DNA from: Nostoc sp. PCC 7120 = FACHB-418
GTDB lineage: Bacteria; Cyanobacteriota; Cyanobacteriia; Cyanobacteriales; Nostocaceae
DNA: 32,000 nt
Reading direction: 5' to 3'
Assembly (NCBI RefSeq): GCF_000009705.1
Contig: NC_003276.1
Coordinates: 30,001 to 62,000, forward strand
Part shown: in pieces, positions 1-6,497 of the stretch
Numbering within the stretch: the first letter of the stretch is position 1
Layout of the letters: each line of letters starts with the position of its first letter
The notes under the pieces: model-generated
Told to the model about the DNA's origin: nothing
Database searches by the model: none
Seen by the model: only the letters and a program-made list of their open reading frames with translations
Position numbers and translations under genes: made by a program

Positions 1-919
1 TTGCCGATACTGCCTTGTCAGCCTTCTTGCCTAAAGCCACCACCCAATCATCGATGCCCTTCTCTGGCCCTGGCAATAATGCGATACTACACTCGCAGCC
101 AGCGTCTTGGATGACATGGGCGGTGCGGCGTGTGGCTTGAAAGACTTGCAGTTGTGTCTTGGGTTTAGTTTCGTAATCAAACAGGATGATGAATCTGCGA
201 CCGGGTTGAGCCATCGGTACTAAGTCAGGGTGCAGCCGCTCGAAATCTTCCTTGCCGACGCGACCATTCCATATTCCAGGGAGTGCGATCGCGGCAAATC
301 CCAGAGATAATAGACAAGCCGCCTTCTTCTCACCTTCGGTAAGAGTAATCGTTATTTCGGGATGTGCCAGCACCCAAGCCCAGAATCCTAAAGCTTCACC
401 TTCTGGCGTGATGACGATATTCTCTGGCATCGGCACGTCATAGCGCAAAGATACCAACTGCCAAATGCTCAGGGTAACTCGGAAGTAACCCAGACGGTTC
501 GGGGTTTTGGGGGGAGACTCGTATTTGATTGGCTTCGGCGAAGAAGCAGTGGAAGCAAGGGAGGCAGGGGAGGAATGAATACTAAATTCTCCCCCTGCTC
601 CCCCTGCTGCACCCCTCCCCCTGCTGTGTTGTTCCCATTCCAGTCGCGGACAATCAGGCTTCAACCGTCCCCAGTCCATCGGCAGCCAGTCGTTGAGCGG
701 GTCGAGTCCACTGACCCACCAAGCATTAGTGATGTGGGCGTATAGTCGCAAATACCCAAACCGTAGCCGTCCGTCGTTTCTTCTGGCAGTTTGGGGTAAA
801 GCATACAACAAGTATTCGTATATTTCGTCTCCTAAGAGCGATCGCACGTTGAGCAAAATCAATTTTTCATCAACGCCACTGTTGAGCCATTCTTGCAAAT
901 GATGAGGTTCGAGATTCAT
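1..919 (-). CDS. Replication primase/helicase-like protein, N-terminal part (DUF3854/Toprim-like, CyRepA-type); the 3' end runs off the left edge
   Basis: Not in the ORF track because there is no stop in the window. My minus-strand translation from ATG 919-917 is MNLEPHHLQEWLNSGVDEKLILLNVRSL...RVTLSIWQLVSLRYDVPMPENIVITPEGEALGFWAWVLAHPEITITLTEGEKKAACLLSLGFAAIALPGIWNG...RFIILFDYETKPKT...LLPGPEKGIDDWVV, open to base 1. The TEGEKKA / ALPGIWN / ILFD / GIDDW blocks match the DUF3854 Toprim-like pattern I remember from cyanobacterial plasmid Rep proteins. Confidence 0.7.
   Translation of the reverse strand, partial: MNLEPHHLQEWLNSGVDEKLILLNVRSLLGDEIYEYLLYALPQTARRNDGRLRFGYLRLYAHITNAWWVSGLDPLNDWLPMDWGRLKPDCPRLEWEQHSRGRGAAGGAGGEFSIHSSPASLASTASSPKPIKYESPPKTPNRLGYFRVTLSIWQLVSLRYDVPMPENIVITPEGEALGFWAWVLAHPEITITLTEGEKKAACLLSLGFAAIALPGIWNGRVGKEDFERLHPDLVPMAQPGRRFIILFDYETKPKTQLQVFQATRRTAHVIQDAGCECSIALLPGPEKGIDDWVVALGKKADKAVSA
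550..626. repeat. G/C-rich imperfect palindrome with CCCCCTGCT tandem copies, embedded in frame in the rep gene
   Basis: GCAGGGGAGGAAT (564-576) faces ATTCTCCCCCTGC (586-598). CCCCCTGCT occurs at 591-599 and 600-608, and CCCCCTGCTG at 617-626. The stretch encodes the low-complexity peptide GRGAAGGAGGEFSIHSSPASLAS. Confidence 0.7.
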
Positions 920-948
920 ATTCCCCCCTATAGACGCATGAAAGAGTT

Positions 949-970
949 AGCGGTATGGCCCCATACCGCT
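949..970. promoter_or_regulatory. Perfect 22-bp palindrome between the 251-aa gene and the rep gene start
   Basis: AGCGGTATGGCCCCATACCGCT has 10-bp arms. It lies 30 nt upstream of the rep ATG and 49 nt downstream of the preceding stop. It could be an operator or an intra-operon hairpin. Confidence 0.5.
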
Positions 971-1018
971 AGAGAATGTCCGTAATGAAATTGGTTAGAT
1001 GCTTGAACTAGTTGATGC

Positions 1019-1774
1019 TTAGTTTTGTTCTTGGGAGAAAACCTCAATCAAAATACTTTCGGGGTAGAGTCCGACTCTGCCAAACCTGGGGTCACGAATG
1101 CGTTCTATTTCAATGCCTTTCTTGCGGCACAATGCACTAGCTTTTTTTCCTTTAGCACCAGCCTCTTTGGCTGATATCTCTAAACCCTGAAGATTGGCGA
1201 AACCCACGATGCTGTATTTATGACCACATGGGGCATTAAAGCGATCTTGTTCGACTTCCACTCCTTTAAGTCGATACAATATTTCGTGCTGGCGCTGTTC
1301 TTGCTCTAACAGCCGTTGCTCTTGTTGGGCCATTTGATGTGCGATCGCAGCAAGTAGTTGGATTTGGGTCATGCTGGTTTCGTCAGTTGCAGGTTTTGTC
1401 CAACCTAACTTTTCCTGAATCCAAGCGCGGATACCGATGGTGTTGAATGAACGGCAGACCAACCTTGCTTGCTTAGTACAATACCGCCCGGCATCGAAGC
1501 CGTAATATTCTAAAATGATGGCGATCGCCATATCTGGGATGCCTTCGGTTTTCCACCCTAACAGGTTAACGGCTTCAAACCCAGATTCTAAAAGCATTTG
1601 AGCTAATTTGGATGGCTCTTGGTTAACACTATCTAAGGTTTTGAGAATTGCTGTAGCACTTACCCCAGCCAATCTTGCGGTTGCCCGAAGGCTGGCTTTA
1701 GCTTTACCAGATGCGTCAACTTCAATCTCTTGTTTTATCTGTTCGATGATTTGTGCAATTTCGATTTGTGACAT
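1019..1774 (-). CDS. Hypothetical protein with a probable N-terminal HTH; the C-terminal region is vaguely phage-antirepressor-like
   Basis: 251-aa ORF. The segment ASLRATARLAGVSATAILKTL looks like an HTH. The C-terminus KYSIVGFANLQGLEISAKEAGAKGKKASALCRKKGIEIERIRDPRFGRVGLYP resembles phage Ant/KilAC-type tails from memory. The overlapping plus-strand ORF is shorter and low complexity. Confidence 0.7.
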   Translation of the reverse strand: MSQIEIAQIIEQIKQEIEVDASGKAKASLRATARLAGVSATAILKTLDSVNQEPSKLAQMLLESGFEAVNLLGWKTEGIPDMAIAIILEYYGFDAGRYCTKQARLVCRSFNTIGIRAWIQEKLGWTKPATDETSMTQIQLLAAIAHQMAQQEQRLLEQEQRQHEILYRLKGVEVEQDRFNAPCGHKYSIVGFANLQGLEISAKEAGAKGKKASALCRKKGIEIERIRDPRFGRVGLYPESILIEVFSQEQN

Positions 1775-1832
1775 AGTTTTAGTTGTGTGATGGAGGGAAC
1801 AAGTTAAAATCTGCTGAGGCTGGTGGAGAAAT

Positions 1833-2291
1833 TCAGACCATCACCCGTACCAAGTCTGCTTCCTTCACCAATGAAAATCTGCGGGGCATCATGTCTATTT
1901 GTGGAAGAGTTGGGGAGATAGTTTCGATTAAATAAACCAACTCACCACGAACCAGCGCAACTCCCAAGACTAGCCTCTGTCTTGGGGCGGCACTGCAAGA
2001 GGCAAAGATGACGCGATCGCCTAACGCAAAAGCAGGTTTTTGTAAGTTAGTAGGTTTGAACCGACCAGTACCGATAATTTGATGCTTGGTAGCGTGTACA
2101 GCATCATCAGTAATCTCAATAATGTAATGCCAACAATCCTGATACCACTGGATACCGTAGCAATAACCGAAGGTTTCGAGACTTTTGAGATAGACTTTTT
2201 CCCACAATTGAATTTCAACAGGTGGCATTTCCCCACCCCAAGGTGGAGATAAATACCAACATCTTTCTATTTCTGCGATTTGTTCTGTCAT
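1833..2291 (-). CDS. Hypothetical protein (152 aa)
   Basis: Long ORF on the same strand as its neighbours. The internal 71-aa ORF in another frame is judged spurious. Confidence 0.65.
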   Translation of the reverse strand: MTEQIAEIERCWYLSPPWGGEMPPVEIQLWEKVYLKSLETFGYCYGIQWYQDCWHYIIEITDDAVHATKHQIIGTGRFKPTNLQKPAFALGDRVIFASCSAAPRQRLVLGVALVRGELVYLIETISPTLPQIDMMPRRFSLVKEADLVRVMV

Positions 2292-2395
2292 ACTTTCTTC
2301 CCCAAAAGATAATCAACAGCTTTGGTATCTAAGCTGGCGATGCGTTTGTTAACTTGTTGTGGTGGATTATTTAGAAACTCGTTGAAATGAACCAA
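2288..2395 (-). CDS. Possible small coupled ORF (35 aa, TTG start) filling the gap between the 260-aa and 152-aa genes
   Basis: My translation is LVHFNEFLNNPPQQVNKRIASLDTKAVDYLLGKKV*. Its TGA overlaps the downstream ATG (ATGA). There is no ATG start and no recognisable motif. Confidence 0.25.
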   Translation of the reverse strand: MVHFNEFLNNPPQQVNKRIASLDTKAVDYLLGKKV

Positions 2396-2402
2396 CAAAG
2401 TC

Positions 2403-3185
2403 TCATTCAGCCGCTATTCCCCAAGGCCATCGCTCTTGATCTGGATGATGCGCGTCGAAAAAAATGAAATCGTCTTCTTCCCAGTCGAGATGCAAACACA
2501 GGTGCATTTCGTCAGGATCAACTTTACTAGCGTGTTTGCTTTCCCAGTAGTTTGCGCCCGTTTGTATCCACTCATGGCTTTCGCAATAAATTTCGGCGCG
2601 TACTGCCCTGACTGCTGCCTCTTGCACTGCGGCGGGGTTAGTAGAAATCTTTCGCTCGTCCTGGTCAACCAAGAACAGGTTATATGTCGGAGGCATTTCC
2701 ACCAGTTGCAGAAAATACTCGATAATCCCTGGAACAGCATTTTGAAGTGTTGTGCGATCGCTCTCAAGCAGTAGCAACTGATCGTCGGTGGCGGGGTAAA
2801 AGAACAGGCGATCTCGGTAGGCGACATGGCGGTTAATGATTCCAGATATGCCCAAATCCTGCTGTAGTTCGTGGATGTTGTCGCAGATTTTGCGGAACAG
2901 AAACAGGAAATCAGCCGCTTCCTGCATTGTTTCAGCACCATTTTTCGCCCAGATTCTCGATACGCCAATGCGACGGATAACTTCAGCCTCAGTCGAAGTA
3001 ACGTTCCCTATTTGTGCAAGTTCCAGGTAAATACTTGTGTCCAGCAATGAGGGATAGGTAAATCTGTGGTTTTGGGCGTATTTCAAGCAGATGCAGTCGT
3101 GAAGCAAGGCAGACAAACCCTTAGTAGTTAATAATTCGGGGTTGTCTTGTTGAAGGACTTTGCTGATAACTGGTAAGTTAGACAT
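2403..3185 (-). CDS. Hypothetical protein (260 aa)
   Basis: Longest ORF at this locus. The two overlapping alternatives (184 aa, 112 aa) have Cys/Arg-rich off-frame composition. Confidence 0.7.
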   Translation of the reverse strand: MSNLPVISKVLQQDNPELLTTKGLSALLHDCICLKYAQNHRFTYPSLLDTSIYLELAQIGNVTSTEAEVIRRIGVSRIWAKNGAETMQEAADFLFLFRKICDNIHELQQDLGISGIINRHVAYRDRLFFYPATDDQLLLLESDRTTLQNAVPGIIEYFLQLVEMPPTYNLFLVDQDERKISTNPAAVQEAAVRAVRAEIYCESHEWIQTGANYWESKHASKVDPDEMHLCLHLDWEEDDFIFFDAHHPDQERWPWGIAAE

Positions 3186-3266
3186 AACTATACACTTTGT
3201 GGTGGTTAGTTAGCGATCGCGTGCTTGGCCGGCGGCGATCGCTTTTAAGTATCGTGCTTGGATTGA

Positions 3267-3545
3267 TTAATCATCACTATCTTCTTCGCTCTCCTCCTGA
3301 GTTTCATCGAAGTTAACATCAAAACTTACGCCTAAAGCGGCTTCTATTCTTCTAAGTGTTGCCAGTGGAAGCGTTTTCATCTCTTCATTTTCAATCGCAT
3401 ACCAATTGGGAGTAGACATTCCAGCTAGAGCAGCTATTTCTTGCAGAGATCGTTTATCAATTTTTCTTGCGCGTCTAATTCTTTCTCCTAAACCAGGGAC
3501 TTCTTTACGAATCCGCTTTTCTACTTTCATCAAGCATGAACTCAC
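3267..3545 (-). CDS. XRE-family helix-turn-helix transcriptional regulator
   Basis: LGERIRRARKIDKRSLQEIAALAGMSTPNWYAIENEE...LATLRRIEAALGVSFD is a classic Cro/C1-type HTH. GTG start with GGAGG 7 nt upstream. Acidic C-terminal tail. Confidence 0.9.
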   Translation of the reverse strand: MSSCLMKVEKRIRKEVPGLGERIRRARKIDKRSLQEIAALAGMSTPNWYAIENEEMKTLPLATLRRIEAALGVSFDVNFDETQEESEEDSDD

Positions 3546-3579
3546 TAAACCACCTCCTTTATTTAAGCCTCGGTTTAGT

Positions 3580-3671
3580 CTTTATTTCTATAAAGTAACA
3601 CTTTATCTTCACTAAGTCTAGGTTATAAAAATAAAGTCTAACTTGACAAATGCTAAGTATGACTTTATATT
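3580..3671. promoter_or_regulatory. Divergent promoter/operator region with repeated ATAAAGT / ACTTTAT half-sites
   Basis: Palindrome ATAAAGTaacACTTTAT at 3590-3606. CTTTAT at 3580-3585. ATAAAGTC at 3631-3638 and GACTTTAT at 3661-3668 bracket a plus-strand TTGACA (3643-3648), 17-nt spacer and TATATT (3666-3671). Confidence 0.55.
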
Positions 3672-3677
3672 AATAGA

Positions 3678-3926
3678 TAAGGGATAAGGAACGCAAACCG
3701 CCTGCACCAGAACGCAATCAAGGGTTTGCAAACCAATCAAAGGAATACATATTTCTACCAACCAAAAACGGATAGCCACCGGGACAAGCAGCCGGGAGCC
3801 TAAAACTTGTAATGCTCAAGCCACCGGAGAGGATTCCGATGACCCGCCAAGTCTAAAAACTGGTATTGAATGCAAAAATCCCAGTAAATCAAAGCGATCG
3901 CTTGCTCCTAGTGGCGATCGCTTTTT
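3678..3926 (+). ncRNA. Candidate ~250-nt non-coding transcript (promoter at 3643-3671, intrinsic terminator at 3891-3926)
   Basis: No ORF longer than 14 codons lies between the promoter and the terminator. Ends are predicted from sequence only. Confidence 0.3.
3891..3926 (+). terminator. Rho-independent terminator built on two HIP1 sites
   Basis: AAAGCGATCGC (3891-3901) pairs with GCGATCGCTTT (3914-3924) across a 12-nt loop, followed by a T-run. Confidence 0.55.
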
Positions 3927-4122
3927 AAACAGAAACACATGGCTGCACAGAGGACAAATCCTCTCTACAGCCCTGCGCTGTTGCTTAAAAAAGTTTTATG
4001 AATGCTACGGGACGATCAACTATGCTCTTGCGTTACGCCATCTTTACGAAAGGCTGCACCAACGCAATTCATTGTGGTCGCCATCTCAATTACTGCTACT
4101 GCTTGTGACTAATTAAGAAACG

Positions 4123-4145
4123 GCTACGCCGAAGCGAGAGTGATG
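4123..4145 (+). repeat. Intergenic leader motif, copy 1 (short form)
   Basis: aaacgGCTACGCcgAAGCgagAGTGATG. Confidence 0.8.
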
Positions 4146-4171
4146 CGTTCTCCCCCACAACGTAGAAAAAC

Positions 4172-4213
4172 AAAGGCGATCGCTCTGGCTGAGAAACTTA
4201 GCGATCGCCCTTT
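4172..4213 (+). promoter_or_regulatory. HIP1-based hairpin between motif copy 1 and the 4234 start codon
   Basis: AAAGGCGATCGCT (4172-4184) pairs with AGCGATCGCCCTTT (4200-4213) with one bulge. There is no T-run. Confidence 0.45.
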
Positions 4214-4233
4214 ACTGAAATCAGGTCTATATT

Positions 4234-4722
4234 ATGTCATACGCAACAATAAACAAGCAAGCCCAAAGTCCGTTAACCGAGCAGGACAAACGAATCATCG
4301 CAAACATTATCCAACGCCATCCAGACGAAATCAAAACCATCTGGATAGACTGCGGAATCACGGTCTGGGTGCAACTCCAAGACGGTGGAAGACTACCCTT
4401 CGACAAAAATTGGTTCGCGCAAAGAGTGGCCCAAGAAAAGACTTCTCTAGATGCTCAAGAAAGCCTCCACAGGCACAACCAAAAATTAGAAACTGAATTA
4501 AATCAAGCCTGTTCTGAGTACGGTTTACAGCATGGCGAGATAGACTATTTGATGTTTTCAACGAAGGTTTATCGAGGTCGGGATTTAGTAGGATTCGTCG
4601 GGTTCAACAGATTCGGGAAGATGTGGAGTTATAGCCGCAGAGTGACAGAGCCTGATAAATACGCCCATAGTGCTGCTGATGCGCTCTCCAAGTTAGGCGT
4701 TAGGCAGTTAGCGACGGTGTAG
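4234..4722 (+). CDS. Hypothetical protein (162 aa)
   Basis: Balanced amino-acid composition. Preferred over the overlapping 118-aa ORF (4140-4496), which is extremely Arg/Lys/Pro-rich. Confidence 0.65.
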   Translation: MSYATINKQAQSPLTEQDKRIIANIIQRHPDEIKTIWIDCGITVWVQLQDGGRLPFDKNWFAQRVAQEKTSLDAQESLHRHNQKLETELNQACSEYGLQHGEIDYLMFSTKVYRGRDLVGFVGFNRFGKMWSYSRRVTEPDKYAHSAADALSKLGVRQLATV

Positions 4723-4730
4723 ATAAAAGT

Positions 4731-4762
4731 GCGATCGCTTGGGTTCTCTAACAAGCGATCGC
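4731..4762 (+). terminator. HIP1-based stem-loop downstream of the 162-aa gene
   Basis: GCGATCGCTTG (4731-4741) pairs with CAAGCGATCGC (4752-4762), an 11-bp perfect stem. The downstream U-tract is weak. Confidence 0.45.
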
Positions 4763-4839
4763 CTAAAATAATAGGTAAAGGCTATACAGTGCAGTAGTAA
4801 ACTAGCCACCGATTAACCGATTAATAGAAGGACTCAAAG

Positions 4840-5106
4840 ATGACCGAAGACAGCAGATTTGATGATATTTACCTGCGCCTCAATGAATTGACAGAGGATG
4901 TGACCAACCTGAAAATACAGGCAGGAACCATCGGTACATCTCAGGTAGCGATCGCGAGAACTTTGAGTTTAGCAACTGGATTGGCATCGGATATGCGAGA
5001 AGTCAAAGCAGAAATTCGTGACATGAAGGCTGATATTCGGAATTTGAACGCAGGGATGGAAGAAGTTTTAAGGCTATTGCGGCGTGGTAATAATTCTGAA
5101 GCATAG
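4840..5106 (+). CDS. Hypothetical coiled-coil protein (88 aa)
   Basis: Heptad-like charged repeats (REVKAEIRDMKADIRNLNAGMEEVLRLL). Confidence 0.6.
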   Translation: MTEDSRFDDIYLRLNELTEDVTNLKIQAGTIGTSQVAIARTLSLATGLASDMREVKAEIRDMKADIRNLNAGMEEVLRLLRRGNNSEA

Positions 5107-5122
5107 TTTAAGGTGATCAATA

Positions 5123-5419
5123 ATGATCAATGTTTGCCAAAAAATATTATGTCCGTACTTTGGGGAGAAAGGGCATAATTACGGTTGTCAGAGATATGCT
5201 TTGAGTAGTGGATGCCATCTGAAATTGATTACTCCGCTACAAGATAATGAGTACGTTTTATATACCGATGATGAGGAATTATTAGCATCATTTAAGGTAG
5301 AAAACGATAGGTTCTTTCAAGAAGATCCAAAATATGCAGAGGATTTGGAGTTCCAGCGAGAAAATCCAGAGTTATTTGCTGAACGTTCGTTTAAAGTCAG
5401 AGAAATTCAGACAAATTGA
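5123..5419 (+). CDS. Hypothetical protein with a Cys-rich N-terminus (98 aa)
   Basis: Four Cys (positions 5, 10, 22, 31) plus His in the first ~32 residues suggest a possible zinc-binding knuckle. AAGGTG RBS upstream. Confidence 0.55.
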   Translation: MINVCQKILCPYFGEKGHNYGCQRYALSSGCHLKLITPLQDNEYVLYTDDEELLASFKVENDRFFQEDPKYAEDLEFQRENPELFAERSFKVREIQTN

Positions 5420-5444
5420 TTTCGCTACTACACATAAAAATTAC

Positions 5445-5474
5445 AAGCGGTTTGTCCAGCACAGACCGCTTTTA
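5445..5474 (+). terminator. Rho-independent terminator
   Basis: AAGCGGTTTGT (5445-5455) pairs with ACAGACCGCTT (5461-5471) with one mismatch, followed by TTT. Confidence 0.6.
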
Positions 5475-5485
5475 TATTGGAGCGA

Positions 5486-5713
5486 ATGATAGAACAACCT
5501 CAAAACCAAAGATTATCTTAAGTACTAGCCGTAGATGGTATTTCTCAGCAACAAGCCCGTGCAAAATTAGCAGAAATATCTAGGCTATTAACTAAATTTC
5601 AACAAGTTTACTCCACAATTTATCAATATCTTTGCGCTAATGCAGAGGACGTAACTTTAGCTGATGCTATTCAAGCGGGGCTAACTAAAACGGCTACGCC
5701 AAAGCAGAAGTGA
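5486..5713 (+). pseudogene. Protein-like 75-codon reading frame interrupted by an in-frame TAA at 5519-5521
   Basis: MIEQPQNQRLS*VLAVDGISQQQARAKLAEISRLLTKFQQVYSTIYQYLCANAEDVTLADAIQAGLTKTATPKQK*. There is no ATG/GTG/TTG downstream of the TAA. The 3' end coincides with motif copy 2. Confidence 0.3.
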
Positions 5714-5715
5714 GA
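5693..5715 (+). repeat. Intergenic leader motif, copy 2 (short form)
   Basis: aaacgGCTACGCcaAAGCagaAGTGAGA. Confidence 0.8.
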
Positions 5716-5733
5716 CTCAAACCTCGTTATCTG

Positions 5734-5765
5734 ACAGGAGGGCGAAAAACTCTCCTGTTTTTTTT
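5734..5765 (+). terminator. Rho-independent terminator or attenuator
   Basis: ACAGGAG (5734-5740) pairs with CTCCTGT (5752-5758), followed by eight T. It sits 24 nt upstream of the ATG at 5789. Confidence 0.7.
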
Positions 5766-5788
5766 CAAGAATCAAACTATCAAAATAT

Positions 5789-5992
5789 ATGGCGAAAACT
5801 AAACAGATTCGGCAGGATTCAACGGCTGTATGTCTGCAATTCTTGCGGCGTTCTGGTGGCAAAGCAAGACTAAGTGAAATTAGCTTTAGCAGAAATACAG
5901 TTCAAAAACTGTTGAATCAGGGATTGGTCAAGGTACAGAGAACAGATATTGGTTACTACCTAGAATTAAAGGATGTAGAACTATGCAGTTAA
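5789..5992 (+). CDS. Small protein, possibly winged-helix DNA-binding (67 aa)
   Basis: LQFLRRSGGKARLSEISFSRNTVQKLLNQGLVKV has an HTH-plus-wing-like pattern. This is weak, by-eye evidence only. Confidence 0.5.
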   Translation: MAKTKQIRQDSTAVCLQFLRRSGGKARLSEISFSRNTVQKLLNQGLVKVQRTDIGYYLELKDVELCS

Positions 5993-6246
5993 ATCGAGTG
6001 TATGACAGTACTTTATTATCCTGTAAAAAGGTTTATCAAATTCAAGGTACATTGTACAAATATCTCTACAAAACAGGCACAATTCAGCATCCCAAGTACC
6101 ACTTTAGACCAATGCCAGGACAGCGTAAGAAAGCTGACTTATTGATTAATCACAAGACCTTAATTAATCGGTGTGAGGAAGTTGTAGGGATGCAAGTTAA
6201 CGCCACAGTAATTGATGAAAACGCGACGCAGATGAAGTTGTTTTAA
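5983..6246 (+). CDS. Hypothetical protein (87 aa)
   Basis: The start overlaps the upstream stop by 10 nt, which suggests translational coupling. Confidence 0.5.
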   Translation: MQLNRVYDSTLLSCKKVYQIQGTLYKYLYKTGTIQHPKYHFRPMPGQRKKADLLINHKTLINRCEEVVGMQVNATVIDENATQMKLF

Positions 6247-6250
6247 TAAT

Positions 6251-6439
6251 ATGAGCAAGTACAAACCCCGGATTATAAAACATCCTATCCGGTTGCAAAA
6301 AAATAACGCTCAAAAAATAATTTACCGGACAGTTAGAGATATTCAACAACTCAAAGATAGTTCCCCGATTGGTACAGCCACAATCAACAAACAATCAGTC
6401 ATGGTTCGGAAACAGGGGATGTATTGGGCTGTTGTTTAG
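6251..6439 (+). CDS. Hypothetical basic protein (62 aa)
   Basis: Begins 4 nt after the previous stop, on the same strand. Confidence 0.45.
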   Translation: MSKYKPRIIKHPIRLQKNNAQKIIYRTVRDIQQLKDSSPIGTATINKQSVMVRKQGMYWAVV

Positions 6440-6458
6440 TGAGTGAAATACTGTGAAA

Positions 6459-6488
6459 GCTACGCTTAAGCAAAGCGAAAAAATGAGG
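6459..6488 (+). repeat. Intergenic leader motif, copy 3 (long form)
   Basis: tgaaaGCTACGCttAAGCaaagcgaaaaAATGAGG. The GCTACGC core lies 39 nt upstream of the ATG at 6498. Confidence 0.75.
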
Positions 6489-6497
6489 TACTGAACA

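Noticed and set aside
252-902. Plus-strand track ORFs 252-443 and 693-902.
   Set aside because: They lie antisense within the long minus-strand DUF3854/Rep reading frame that is open from 919 to base 1. Their composition (Pro/Ser/Arg-rich, TTG starts) looks like off-frame translation.
2021-3030. Track ORFs nested in or antisense to the 152-aa and 260-aa genes (2021-2236, 2414-2968, 2436-2774, 2836-3030).
   Set aside because: Each is shorter than the ORF it overlaps and has Cys/Arg/Ser-rich off-frame composition.
4140-4496. 118-aa ORF starting in motif copy 1 (MMRSPPQRRKTKA...).
   Set aside because: It is extremely basic with Arg/Lys/Pro-rich low-complexity composition. It overlaps the better-looking 162-aa ORF (4234-4722) in another frame for 260 nt. 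It is probably not translated, although its ATG does sit inside the conserved motif.
4123-5715. The idea that the dispersed motif is the conserved C-terminus of small proteins (it can be read as ...TATPK(Q/R)(K/E)*).
   Set aside because: Only copy 2 has an extended open frame upstream, and that frame contains a TAA. In copy 1 a TAA lies directly in front of the nine codons. In copies 3-5 the motif falls in different frames. The conservation is therefore at the nucleotide level.
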